A DNA stretch of 53,741 nt, the filler included, from Bipalium vagum (taxonomy: Eukaryota), in the NCBI GenBank assembly GCA_037834085.1. It is 3 parts of 3 records of this genome, joined end to end, with 100 filler letters (N's around TTAATTAATTAA, not from the genome) between each part and the next. Parts side by side here need not be neighbours in the genome. Positions count along the whole stretch, not along the records: positions 1 to 16,504 come from JBBMKC010107749.1; 2 more parts are not named here. One strand, written 5' to 3'. Below are positions 1 to 13,900 of this stretch, in pieces. The notes under the pieces were generated by a model that did no database searches, was not told the DNA's origin, and saw nothing but the letters and a program-made list of their open reading frames with translations. Made by a program: the position numbers and the translations under genes. The stretch's first letter is position 1. Each line of letters starts with the position of its first letter.

Positions 1-1961
1 CTAAACCCTATTGCGGTCTCTACCATATTTCTACTTTTACAAGGGTTGGCAAGGATGTGTCCTTGGCTAACCCAACAGAAACATAAATTATTTCCCTAAA
101 TAATGTTACTCGTTATTTTGAAATTATTTACATAGAATGCAATAATCAGTGTGCTCTCATAGTTAGAACAGTTCAATACCAAACGAATATAACTTTCAAG
201 AAAATTAAAAAGAACAACTAGTATATCATAGAACGAATGGCGTCTCAAACTGACAGACTAAAGTAAATTAAATTTTAAGTCAACAAATTGCTAAGAATTT
301 ATAGTTTTTATTTTAAAGATATCCTTTAAAAAAATATTTCTCACTCATGACGAAATTATCTGAATCGCTTCTTTTCAGAAAATTTTTTATAATTTCAATT
401 GGAGTTTTGATTTATCAGAATAATTCTTAAATTAAAATAAAACTTAATTTTCACTTCATTAAGTTATATTTATTCTAGATTATTTTTATTAGAAACCAGA
501 ATAATAATTAATAGCAAAATACCAAGAATTATTCAAAAATATAATTTTCATACTTATCTATAAGTGTTAATTTAATATGACTACCTTTACAAAGTTAAGC
601 GTTTACGTCTTCTAAAATGAATCAAATCATACATTTTGTGATATAATTCATTCATTTTAAGTTATTTAATACCTTTACACACTTTGTATAAAAAATTCAA
701 AATACTTTAATGTGATTTCGAAGAACAGTTTTTGTTTCACATTGAAAAAGTTAAATAAAATCATAGAAATATACTTCTTATTTTAAACTATAATACTCGC
801 ACTGATTCAATATCAAATGTATAATTAAATGATAATAAACAAAAACATAACTGGAGACATTTAGACTGCGTAATATTTTCCATAATTGAATACTCAGTCT
901 CTCAATCATTTCAATAATAACAACACTAATTACTTTAATCACTTCTATGTCTCCCAATATATATCTAAATAAACTCTCAACACAAGAAAATAATTTTTGG
1001 GGGAAAAATTGGCAATCTCAAAAAATTGTTCCTGGAACAAAGTAATTTCCAATAACATATATATTATATTTATAGTGCAAGTATATTAATGTACAATGAA
1101 TACTTGACACAGTTTGATTGTGGATGAAAGTTTCGAAGCCAACAAAAATTGCCGAAAATAACTCAACATAAGAGTGAAACAATTGGAGAAATGTCCAAAA
1201 ATATTATCACAAAAGCAAGAAGATTATTCAGAAGAGTCGAAATTTATATCCTATGATCATAAATAATCCAAAAACAGGCGCCGCAAACACACTGTGTAAT
1301 CGATAATATAAAAAAATACAATTTTCAACTCAACTCAATTGCAAATAAGTACCACCAATACGCGCGGTGGTACACACAATTTTTTCTAAACAACAGAACC
1401 CAATAATCAAACAAATCACATTTTTTCAATCAAATTAAACAGAATTCGATCAAAAACCAATCTATCAGAAATGTTTTAGAAATCAAAAATAATAATAATA
1501 ATAATAACAATCATAGAGAGCTGGATTCACAATTTACACATGTACGAATAAATCGATCAAGATCGAAGATTTACTACCAAGAAATTGATAGATTGATAAC
1601 AATATCCAAATTTGAATGAGCACTTGTAAGATCGATTAATCAATTGATTTTTCACTTTTTGTGTACAATGGTTTCCAAGTTCGTACGCTTCTCTGTTTTC
1701 TTCTTTTTCTTCTTCCTGTTATCTTTTCATCGTTTCACCTCGATTTTCTGCCGTTACTTGCCGACACGGTTTCATAATTTTCTTCAATTCGCTTATCATT
1801 ATTATTGGATTTTAATAATCATTTCAGAAATATATGCATGTATTATATTATTATTATCAGAGATTCATCGGAGATAAAATTAATCAATATCAGACAATAA
1901 CGATAAAAGAAAAATCAACTGATCGCGTGTATTACACAATTCTCGTGAGTGACAAAAAAAA

Positions 1962-4900
1962 TCAAAAACTGGACAGCGGAGTCTTGTACTGGAACGGGTC
2001 TGTCAAAAAAAGTCGTTCACTGTCACTTTTGTAGATCGGGTGAGTTCTGTAATGCTGGATCAGGCTTTCGACATTGCTGAACACTTTCTGACCGATGTGA
2101 TATTCACTGCCTTGCAGGTGGACCTTGAAGTTTCGACATTTCGTGCCGGCGTGCATTGTTATCGTGAGGTCGCCAGGCTTAATGAATAATTTAAAAAATC
2201 AATGAAATTTTGCTCGTCTACACCATAGTCTTTGTCATTAATATCTATTTTATCTGTATTTTTTAAAGTTTCCTTTCTTATTATTAATTCTCGTATTTCT
2301 AAAGTTTGACATTAGTGAAAATCAAAAATTGAAAAAAGCAGTTTTCAGGTAAACATCCAAATTTATCCAGTCAATCGATCAAGACGTATTGACCCATAGC
2401 TTTAATTGATTAAATTTAAATTAAGTTTACAGAAAAGATAAAGGGGAACAGCACTTTATTCACAAAGTACAACTTCAAAATGGTCCATTTGAAATCTGGA
2501 AATAATTTTACCACCGTGCCAATCGATATTTGTTGGAAAATTATCTTTCATGGTTTTTTTTAAAAAAAATTTTAATCAGTGACAAAGTTTAAAAAATTCA
2601 AATTCTACTCTCCTTCTCTACAAAAAATACTTGATAAATCAATAAAACCGCATGCTTAAGCACACGTTTGTAAAATTTTCTTGTTAACAATTTGCACTTT
2701 TCCAATCAAATTTTTTAGGTTATTAGAATGTTTATTTATATTGATTTAATTTTTGATATTTTACAGGTTTAAATATCATTTTGAAATGACAGATTCTAAT
2801 GAAAACGGTGAGTGGTAAATGATGAACAGTATCATTCTTTTTACTTTTACATAAAAAATCTGAAATCATTAATCAAGAGCACGAAAATATATGTATATAC
2901 TGATTGGCACAGAAAAAAATTCAACGATGTTCACAAAATCAATTTGGAAAAAAATTATAGGGATAGCTTAAATTGAAAAAACCAATTAAATTTCCTCACA
3001 TGTTTTTTTGCGTTTTGCTCTGCAATGTGTTCATTTGATAATTAAATATCTTTGGAAACATCAAAAAGTTTGTCGGCACGACATTAACAATCGATATGAA
3101 AAAATACTGTAGCGAAAATGTTTGGAAATGCGTAGTCCAATAAAAAAACAATTAAAATATTTATCAATATCTTAAGATCGATAAAATGGAAGTAAAAACT
3201 TTCAAGAATTTCAAGAAAATTTTCAAAGAACCAATAATGATTTTTTAAGTTGATTTTTAAAGAGAATTTTTAAAAACAAGTTTGAGAATGCCATCAAAAT
3301 ATCGATAAAAATTTTATAAATAACAATCACTACCAAACACACGCTCATTGAGTCGGTGATGAATGGATTACTTTTTATTTAAACTCCAAAATAATATATG
3401 CATATTAAGAATTTTAAAGATCTTTCTTTTTTCACAATAATGAAAAAAATAAAGAAAACTTTAATCAATAATAATAATAAAATTCATAATATTATATAAT
3501 AATGATCAATAATAATAGTAATAATAATGAATCACTTACATGAGATTCACTGTCTCGTATTACAAATTGACCCAAACACCCATTAGTCATCAGCAAAGAT
3601 TCACACTCAATTCTTGATATTGCTCCCCAATACCATATTCGATCTTTAAATCGGCCCGTTCTGTTGTAGCTCAGTCTGACATTTTCACCAGAATCATTAT
3701 TAATTGAGGTACAGTGTTTCTGGTTGTTAACAATATTTTGTGGCTGTTTATTCAAGAGAGCTCCGGTTGAAGTAAGTTGTTTGACATAATTTCTGGGCAC
3801 CAGTCCTATTTCACCATTAACATTTCTGCATCTCCACCAATCGGGATCATCAACAGGCCTCTCTAAGACCTCCAAAATCTGAATTATCAAATTCACATTT
3901 ATAATAACCAATCCGATGAATTTACAAAATCGAAATTGGTGAAAAAAATCATCACCAATCACATTTATTTTTAAAAATTATTAAAATTTCCAACCATTTA
4001 TAATCCAATCAAACAAAGTTAATGAACTTTTTCAAGAAACTTGAAAAATCTTAATTAAGCCTCAACTAATAAAAAAAACATATTTCTTCTAAAGGAAAAC
4101 TTCAAAAAAGTTATTAAAAACTGACATAACATTCTATAACAAGATCGATAATAGTTATAAAAAAATTGATAAATACCTGTCTCATTAGAATAAATAAGAA
4201 ATCAATTAATCATAACTACATGAGAGCTAAAAAGCAAGAATTTTCTATTTATCAAAAAGCGGTCCTCCAATTTCATTGACTTTTTATTGAATCAATTCAA
4301 AATAAAGGGAATTTTAATTCACAGCTGCAGTACTATTTTATTATATTATCCGAATGTGCCATTTGTATAATATTGATTCTGTCTAATTGCAGTGAGAACA
4401 AAATTTATAAACTTTAAGATTCATCCACATAAGTGATAATGTATCACACGAGAAATTCTGGAATCACTTGAATTTGGTTAAACTGTTATATTGTTTTGAT
4501 ATTTTACAGTGTTTTCCAAAATATTTAACCATTGCCTTGATTATTTTTAAATAAAATAATTTAAATACAAGACAAATAAATCAATTAAAAATTTTCTCTT
4601 GCTTTTCCTTTTATCAATAACTATACATGTCTAAAAAGATTTCAAATTTTTCTTCGGTTACAATAGAAACAGGTATTTCAATTTGTTCAAACAATTCTTC
4701 TTTTGATTGGCAATTAGCAACTCTTATTGATTCTTTACATATACTAAATGTCTCCTCAATGGGATTCGATTGAGAAGAATATGGAGGCAAAAGCACTACA
4801 ATATGTCCAATTTCAATATTTTCTTTTACAACCCTTATCTTGTGAAATGGAACAGTATCACAAGCAAATATCATCTATTCTAATTTATTTCTCACTTCAT

Positions 4901-7900
4901 TTATTAATAATTTCAGATATAGCATCTAAGTAGCTGTCAGTTTTGTGAGCTGAATTGTTCCCTTTATAATGTAATAAATCTGTTTTTAGTAATAGAAGCA
5001 GCAATAGAAAAGTTTTTCCTTCGAATTGTTGAAACACTCTTAGTGTTTTCCTACAAATGCTCTTACATATCTTTTTTTCAAGGAGAAATTTACTCACATG
5101 TCATCCACTAATATAACTACTTTATCCATATGGATCTCAAGTATTCTTTTTGAATATTGAAATCTTCCAGTAATGTTATTTTCAATCTTTTTTCCTTCAG
5201 GGAGTAATTATAAACGCTTAAAGCTACATTCAAATGTTTCTCTAATCGTATGTATTGTTGCAATTGATACGCCCGTCCCAATTTCATTATTTTTGGTTTT
5301 TTAAAAATGATTTTGTCATCGAACAATCTATTCCAATTTCATTAGAGATTACTTCATTACTTAAACTTTTTTCTTTCTGCATTTTTCTGCTCACTATCAA
5401 TAATATCCATTTCATTATAATTATTAACTACTGTGATCGAACCGTTTAGTATTTCATATCCAGGTCTGTGGATATCTGTGCGTAGGATTTAAAATTTTCA
5501 TATTTCTTTATTAACAAATCACGTATTGAATCAGTAAGTTTAGTTTTAAAACCTATTGAATAGAAATACATTGAATACTTGCTTTGAATTTTATTGCTTG
5601 TCATTTTTAAAGAAACGATTTTTAGAGTTAAATATTTTTGAACAAAGCGTTAAATATTTTGAAAACACGGTGTTAATTTTATGAATTATTGGTAATATTT
5701 CATTGTAATAATAATTTTTTGGAAATTATATAAAAAAGAACAAAATCCCTCATAACATCATCGATATTGAATGTTCTTAATTTATCATATACATATATAT
5801 TAAATACAGCATATATATAGGAAAGAGAAAGATACAGAACTATATACTTCAAACAATAGTTTCTGTGAAGAAAAATAAAAAAGTGGCGTAATAAAATGAT
5901 TAATTCATGATTGATCATTGACAACAGTCTATAAAGAAGGATAAAGAGCTGACTTTTATTAAAGAAAGGTTAAAAAAAGAACGCATACCAGATAATAAAG
6001 ATCATCAATAAAACGATCAAAAATTAATAAAATATAAAGATCTGAGAAACGATTCAAATTCAAAAGAAATTTAAAAAGAGGAGCTAAAGAAGATTCTAAA
6101 AATACCATTTTAACATGATTTACAACTTTAAGAAACCCGTAGAACTTGAAGATCCAAAAGTAATATCAATTACAGCAAAAATGAAAGATTATTTAAAAAT
6201 TAAAACGCCAACCCTTTCAATATTGCAAGTTAATATAGTTTATCAATTTAAAAGTCAAGGTTGTAATAGCTTATACATAGAGGAGACAACGTCATCCCGG
6301 AACACGTAATAACGAGAATTTGCAATTAAGCAGAACAAGTAAAATTTTAGACGACTAAATCATTATTAATAAAAAAACGGAAATCAGATATTAATATGCA
6401 AATAGGAGAACCTAAAAACCAATGGATTCTCTGATAAATTAAAATAAAAAAGAATAATTTTAACCAACCAGAATTTGACAAAATATCTTAATTAAAATAA
6501 TGAGTTTCTCATTTTGGAACAAAATTTGATAATCCTAAATTAGATATTAAAATTATAAAAAAAAATTAAATGATTTTAAACATTTAATTGTTTCTTAAGA
6601 TTAAAATTATAATTTTAAAAACAGTAAATAAAACAGATCCAAGTTTGAATCATAAATTACTTTGTATATCATCGATTTGAAAAATTAAGTCATTTTTGAG
6701 ATTTTATTATTGTTATAGATGATATTCTGAAAAAATTTTATTTTCTTCACAAAAAAAAAATAATTATTTCTTTATTATTTAATAATTTTATTTTTTTTCC
6801 GGATCTATTTTGAAATATTAAACAAAACTCAAAGATAATAAAAACAAATTTTCATGTGTCTTTTTCATACTTTCCAAACAACAAGAAATCAATGAAACCC
6901 GTTTTAATTAAAATATCGATTTTAAATATATTTTTTTAAAATATCTAATATAAACTGTGAAAACTTAAAATAATAAAATAAAACCCTTAAAAATGTTTAT
7001 TTTTTAAACCATTTTGCGAAACTTTCATCATTATCTCACCAAAATAATTTAAACACACTGTATCAAAATAATAAATTTTCGATTGAACAAAAACTAATGT
7101 CATTTTGGTGATGAAAAATTCCATTAGAGTCAAATCACAATAAAATTTAATCTTAAAAAACCAAATGCATATTAATAATTAAAATTGTTCAATATATTGA
7201 GATGGATCAATAAAATCTTTCTCTGTGGTAATAATTTATTTCAAAGGTTAAATTCCATCGTTGTGATTAATTTTTTAAGTCTTGACAAAAATGCAAACAT
7301 TTATAATACATATATTGAGAGAAAAAAAAGAACAGATATTCGCTAAAGAGTTTTCAAAAAATACCCAAAAAATTATGAATTTTTGTCCACTCATCAACAA
7401 TCAGTCATGTCATCCCCTGTTGTCCTTGTCAAAATAATAGAACTATTGAAAATCTATATAACTTAAATAATATATATTGAATAATTAACTGTTGCTTAAA
7501 TATTGTGTCATAAACTTGTTAAGAGCATGCTTCAACAAAAATCTACGGTAAATCTTAAATAAAATTATTTGATCAATTTAAAATTAATAAATTTTTAAAA
7601 ACTTCCAAAATGTACATTTTTTAATTAATAAATACATTTTAAAATTAATCGTATTTTCGCATATATAGCCCGCACACCTTTAATTAATACAAAATTTAGT
7701 GTCCCAAAACTCACTTTAAGTAGATCGTTGTTTATAGAAAAATTAAGCAACTAGCATTGATTTTATAATTTATGTGTATTTATAATTATTATCATTAACG
7801 AAATTCAAGTTATAAAGAAACACGCATTATTAATCTCATTCTAAAATCAAATATTTAAAATAAAATAACCTCGTTTGCTTCGAAAGACATTTCTTCTGGT

Positions 7901-10900
7901 TGGTTTTTCAAGAAAGGATATAGAGAGAGCACAGTAGAAAATCTTTGTAGGCTGTGCAATTTATTTGATGCCGACCATTTATCTACGTCGTCACCATGGT
8001 GATTATTCATTATGCTCGAAGATTCTATGCCCGATGTCACTGAAGGCATTGAGGAATGAAGCTGACTGCTAACTGACAACGCTGGATATTGTTGTTGTCT
8101 ATAGAAACGTCGTTTACGTATATTTTTATTTTATAGATCAGAACACAATAAGGAAAAATATATAAATTCTACAAAAAAAGTTAAACAAAAACAAAAACCG
8201 GAATTCGTAAAACCGCTGCGTAAAAATCTTGAAAGTACAAATTTGGTACATAGAAAACTTTAATTATTATTTGGTTTCAAAATCTCTAAACTGTGCAACC
8301 AATCCTTTTTGTTGTTCCCCAATTCAATGACTCTACCGGAAGAACTGACAGTTTGACATATCAATCATCAGATAAATAAAATTTTATAATTTCAAGATCC
8401 AACAGAAATGATTTTTATATTTATATTAATCCTCTCTAAAAATGCCTATAATTACCCAATAATATATTGATTTTATTATTATTAAGGATTCATGGAGTTA
8501 TTAATTATCTATTGATATGCAACTTATACAAAATAATAAAATATCAGTTCTAAAAAAGAAAAAAACATTTTACATTAATAATTCTATCATTGACAAATGT
8601 TAAGCTATTTAATGTATTCCCGATTTAAAAGTTTAAAATTCCCGTCTAGAATAATAATGAAAATAATAGTAATTTATAATAATAATGATAATAGTTATAA
8701 TAATTTATGGTATAAATAAAGACAATTCCATTTAAATAATATAAATAAAGAACAACAAAATTTCAAAATTCTTTTCGATTGTTATAATTTATGTAATAAA
8801 AATATATTATTCTTGAATTGATTTGATGTATTAAAAAAATTAATATTACACAATGAAATCAATAGTAATATTTTAAATTTCAATATTTAGGCCAACAGAA
8901 ATTCAGAATATTTTACACATTTATCAAAATTTTTAGACATTAAAGATATCTATAACCAATTCAATTTTATCTATAGCTTTTCAATTAAACATTGACAGAA
9001 AGACGAGTAATCTGTCTTCAAATTGTGCTTTCAATTTTCTCGCATTAACGGTCTATACGGTTTTATTGGTGCTGCACCACTTGAATGTATAATTTTACTG
9101 CCAATTTTCTTTCAAGAAATTTTTTTTCAAACAATGACCACTATTTAAACTATCTTTCATTGGATTTGCAATCATCCATGTATGGTGGCCTTAAATGTGA
9201 ACTTTTAATATCGTTATATTTTTCCGTATCAAATTGCTAATGTAAATGACAATTTCCAAAACGTCAAAATTACTGATTGAGATTTTAAACTCAAAAAAGA
9301 TTTGATTAAAAATAGAACAATTTTAATGGAGATGAACTTCCAGACTCTGTGTAAAGATGTGATTACGTAGTTTAACCGACTGTTGTAGCAGTTAATTAAT
9401 TAGATGAAGTACACAATCTCAAAGAAACAGTTGAATGGTGAGATTTAATTTAAAAATAATCGATTTATTATTATAATTATCGCCACGGGTATAATTTTTT
9501 TGTAAAATTCAATAAAAAATATATTGGAGAAAATAAATTTTAAATTCAATTGTATTGGCTAATCATTGATAAAAATATTTCAATATTGATTTCTTAAAAT
9601 GTTTCTTTAAACAATTTAGTTTCTGGTATTGATTAAATAAAGAGGTCTGTTGATTTCGAAATAAGCAAATCTAAAAATTTCTAAGTGCCAAAGTTTTTAA
9701 TTTAAAAATTTTGTTGATTAGCATATAATCTCAATTATCAATTTTACATTATTGATTAATATTTTAAAAAATATCAATTATGAAAAAATATTTTTCAGAA
9801 AAAAAATTATCTGAAATCGAAACGAACAAATTCCAACTCCCATTGTTGAATTGGATGGGGAATAAGATATCGAATATGACAAAAATGATTTTTAACAAAG
9901 AATCCTTTAATTGTGAGAATAAATATAATTGTAACAAAATAATTTTCTGAGTTTCGTGTAAACTCGGAAAAAATCTGTAAATCTGAAATCAATAGATAAG
10001 GAATTAATACTAAATAATAATAATTATGAAAAATTTATAAATGGTTTTACATATTTTTTATTTTTTCCAGTTTTCATTGAAAAAAAACATTTGCGGCGGA
10101 ATTTAAAAATGTTCGATAAAATAAAAATCAATAATTTTTTAAATTATAATTGGAAAATTCTTCACAAAGCATGAAAGGTACTTGATTTTAAAAAATTATA
10201 CAGTCAATAAAATCAAGAGAAATACAAACATTTCCTACCTTCCAAGACTGTCTGTTACTGATCGGAAAGTATTATTGTGTTGTGGACGTTCAAGAGTCAC
10301 ATAATTTGAAGGGAACCAGCCAGATGATAACATTGACGTGTTACTGATGAGCTCTCCTCTCCACCAACCATCTGAACTTTTTTCTAAAACTTTGATACGG
10401 TCCCCTCTTGATAATGCCAATTCATCAGGCTGGCAAGGTGAATAAGAAAATTTGGCCACACATACCGACATCGGTCCCAATGAGCCCGTATTATTTGAAA
10501 ACAACATACCAACGTCACCCCCACTCCCACCGCCTCCTCCTCCACCACCACCTCCGCCGCTACTGCCACTGATCATTCTTGTACTTTGTCTGAATTGCTC
10601 GGAACAGGGCTCCATAATACCATCATTGATCGGTATCTTGGATTTAGAACTACCACTCCCGAAATACTCGCGTCCATTGAATTGATGATTGGATGATGCA
10701 TGGTTTGTCACTGAACTATGGAACTGAGATTCACTGCTTAGAGCCTAAAAGGATTGTTTTTCACTTTTTCATATTCCATTATTAATTTAAAAAATCTAAA
10801 AATTTGAATGAAAATCATAATTTTCTCTAAAAAATTGTTCATTGCAATATAAAGGAAATGTGAGACGATAAATTCCAAATCTTAACTCGTGCTAGATTTA

Positions 10901-13900
10901 ATCATAAGAAAATAAGCTATTTACTGTTTCCCGGAAGTTTGGACAGTTTAAATAAGATTTACTCATGACAATTCTGAACTAGATTTTGATAATGGCGCCT
11001 TTAAAAAAATATCTCAAGGAGAATTCAAAACACAAGATATCCAAGGATAATCAATGAAATACATAAATAATATCATCATCAGCCATAAACATATTTTGCT
11101 GGGTAAATGAAATTATGTAGCAAAAAATATCAGCGTAGAGTTATAAAAGCAGACAACTCATCGGGGGTGTTCTTTATAGCATATCTTTCGCCATATGAAA
11201 AATGAATAACATTATTTCCTTGAAACACATTTCATTGAAATTATTGCCCCTGGTAGTAAATAATAAGCCGTCGTTATTTTATTATAAACAAGCACTAAAA
11301 ATCCAATTTTCTTTCTTAGCTCAACTATAGTTTTACACAATTTTATTTTTTAAATAAAAAATTCCAATCATTCAACTGCTTCCCGACTATGAAGACTTAG
11401 AAAAATATCTACCTGCCTTCTACATTTCCCGAGAACGAAATACTTTTCTCAATAAAATTTTCCGTTTCTTATCATTTCCAATCCGATTTCCTCAGAAATT
11501 AATCAAACAATGTTGAATTTTCTTCAGAATAAATTTTAATATATCATACATAAAATTTAGGAAAATCTGTATTATAAATTATTTGACTTAAAATAAGATT
11601 GATTTTAAATATCAGTACTTAATTATAGAACTTTGTGTTTATTAATATCATTCAATTATTATTAGTATTCATGCTAGTCAATTTATCTTAAGCATTCAGA
11701 AAATTTAGATTCTAGGTGGACACATTACTCGTATAGATAATGTAATCATTAACAAGCATCTTTCCCCCCTAAAGCACATTTAAATCAATCGTATGTTAAT
11801 TTGGCATAACTATAGCATCATTTGAAAGAATTAAGAGTTATTCTTTAAAAACACGTTCAATTCTATGATAAAAAAAAATTCTTCATAAATATTTCAGTAA
11901 AATTACAAAGTTGAAAGTTCATTTGATAAAATTTGTTAATTTAAAAAATAAGCGCAATTGCAAAGATGTTAAAACTGACATAATTTTCAAGAGAATTTCA
12001 AAATTATTATTTCATTTTTGTGAACAGTCATAGATTTCCGAATAGTAATTTGATTAATTACTAAGATTAAAAAAAAAACTACACTAGAAAGGCTGAATAA
12101 TAAAATTAAAAATTATTGACAATCCTTCTATGAAATTACATAAAAGAAATTTCATATTGTAGAAAACAGTAATCGAGATTATAATCCAATGTACCATATA
12201 TGTCAACAGATATCTGTTGATTTAATTTTATAAACAGAAATGATCACCAAAATCTTTAAGATGTGCAGTCATCATTATAAATCAGAAAAAATCAATACAG
12301 AAAAAAATATTTAGAAAACGAAATCAATCTTATGATGCTGAAAAAAGGCGAATTAAGATGATATATATGAAACATAAATTTATTTTATTGCTAATAAAAT
12401 CCCTCTTTATTGCAATAATTATTTCCAATGAACTTTTTAATATCGAAAGAATAATTTATTTGTCATTTAAATTATAATCTGAACTGTTTTTATCTCTGTA
12501 AATTAAATTTCATAATTATTTCAAATACACTGTTTGGTCAATATTTCTTTTTGAATATGGATTTTTCTCAAAAAAAAGAACAAATTAATATTAAATCAAG
12601 CAGTTTTTTTAATTTTGAAAAAATTGATTTGAGGTGCAAAATATCGTATCAGATAAGATACTGAATTACTTTTAAATTATCAGCACACATATTAAGTGTC
12701 AATATTAAATAATTTTATTTTTAACCAATAAAATGAATCAATTTCAATTAATCTGTTTAGTTAGTTCTATTACCTGAGATTTTTAAATATTTATATTGCT
12801 CAAGAAAATTATGAATTATAAAATTAATATTCACAATATATTGACAATTTATATGAAAAAACTTTAATCCATGTGAAAATGTATTGATTATTTAATTAAA
12901 TAATTATTGATAATAATAAAATTAATTATGATTGTTAATAAAAATATTTAATATTATATATAATTATATAATAATCCTTTGTCATAATATCTATTGATTT
13001 ATTAATTTCTTAATTGCGTCGATAGCACATTGACTCCCAACCATTGATCCTGGTAATAATTTTACTCGAGCTGAAATGTGAAAAGAAAATCAGATCCAAA
13101 TTCCACTGACAATAGAAGCATGTATTGGAAAAATTGCAGAGAACGGGTGGCAGGAGAGAGGAAAGTTTGTTTCAATGATAAAAAATTAGAGAGTTAAATT
13201 TGTACCGAAATTTCTCAGTCCTTTGGCAAAGAAATTAGATATCAAAGAACAAAATCCCAGATAAAATTGATTTTTCATGAATCTATTTTTTCATTGTATC
13301 TATTTTCCAGAAAATCAATTTTCAATAATGATCGAATAAATAAAGTTTCCATCCCACAATTTCTTTTTTGATTTTCATTCAGTGATAATCACTTACAATT
13401 TGTTCTTAATTCGTTTTTAGTAAAAATTGAGAAACGCAAATAATTATTTTTTCTGTTTTATAATATTTAACTGGAAACTGATTGAGTGAATTGATTACAT
13501 TGCTTTATCAAATTTTAATTCAATTTAAAATTGCATCAAAATGCATTTTTAAAAATCAATAAGAATTATTAAAAAATAATTTATATTAAAATGATTTAAT
13601 TTAATGATTGAATATGAATTAACTTTGATTTAAGTTTATTGATTTTTAAACAGTACCGAAATAATCTAATTTAATCAAATTTTATCGATATTTTTAAATT
13701 TTCACCGAATATAAATATTGGGAGAACGTACAACTCTATGGCGATTGATTTTTACAGACTCGATGTCATTAAGAAATTTGGTTGGTCGAATTACAGAGTT
13801 TTCAGTTGAATTCATTATTCAAAAATCGATGGCAGTAACGATTAGTTAATGATATTATGACAATGACAACTGTTGATTATACCATTTCCAATTTTCTAAA

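Noticed and set aside
1644-2034. Plus-strand ORFs 1644-1877 and 1834-2034
   Set aside because: Low-complexity antisense frames over the nck last exon and 3'UTR.
10452-10685. Poly-proline ORF that looks like an SH3 ligand
   Set aside because: It is the antisense shadow of the nck poly-Gly exon.
13015-13260. Possible Merlin/IS1595 fragment (LPGSMVGS)
   Set aside because: Only one weak motif, which is not enough to call.
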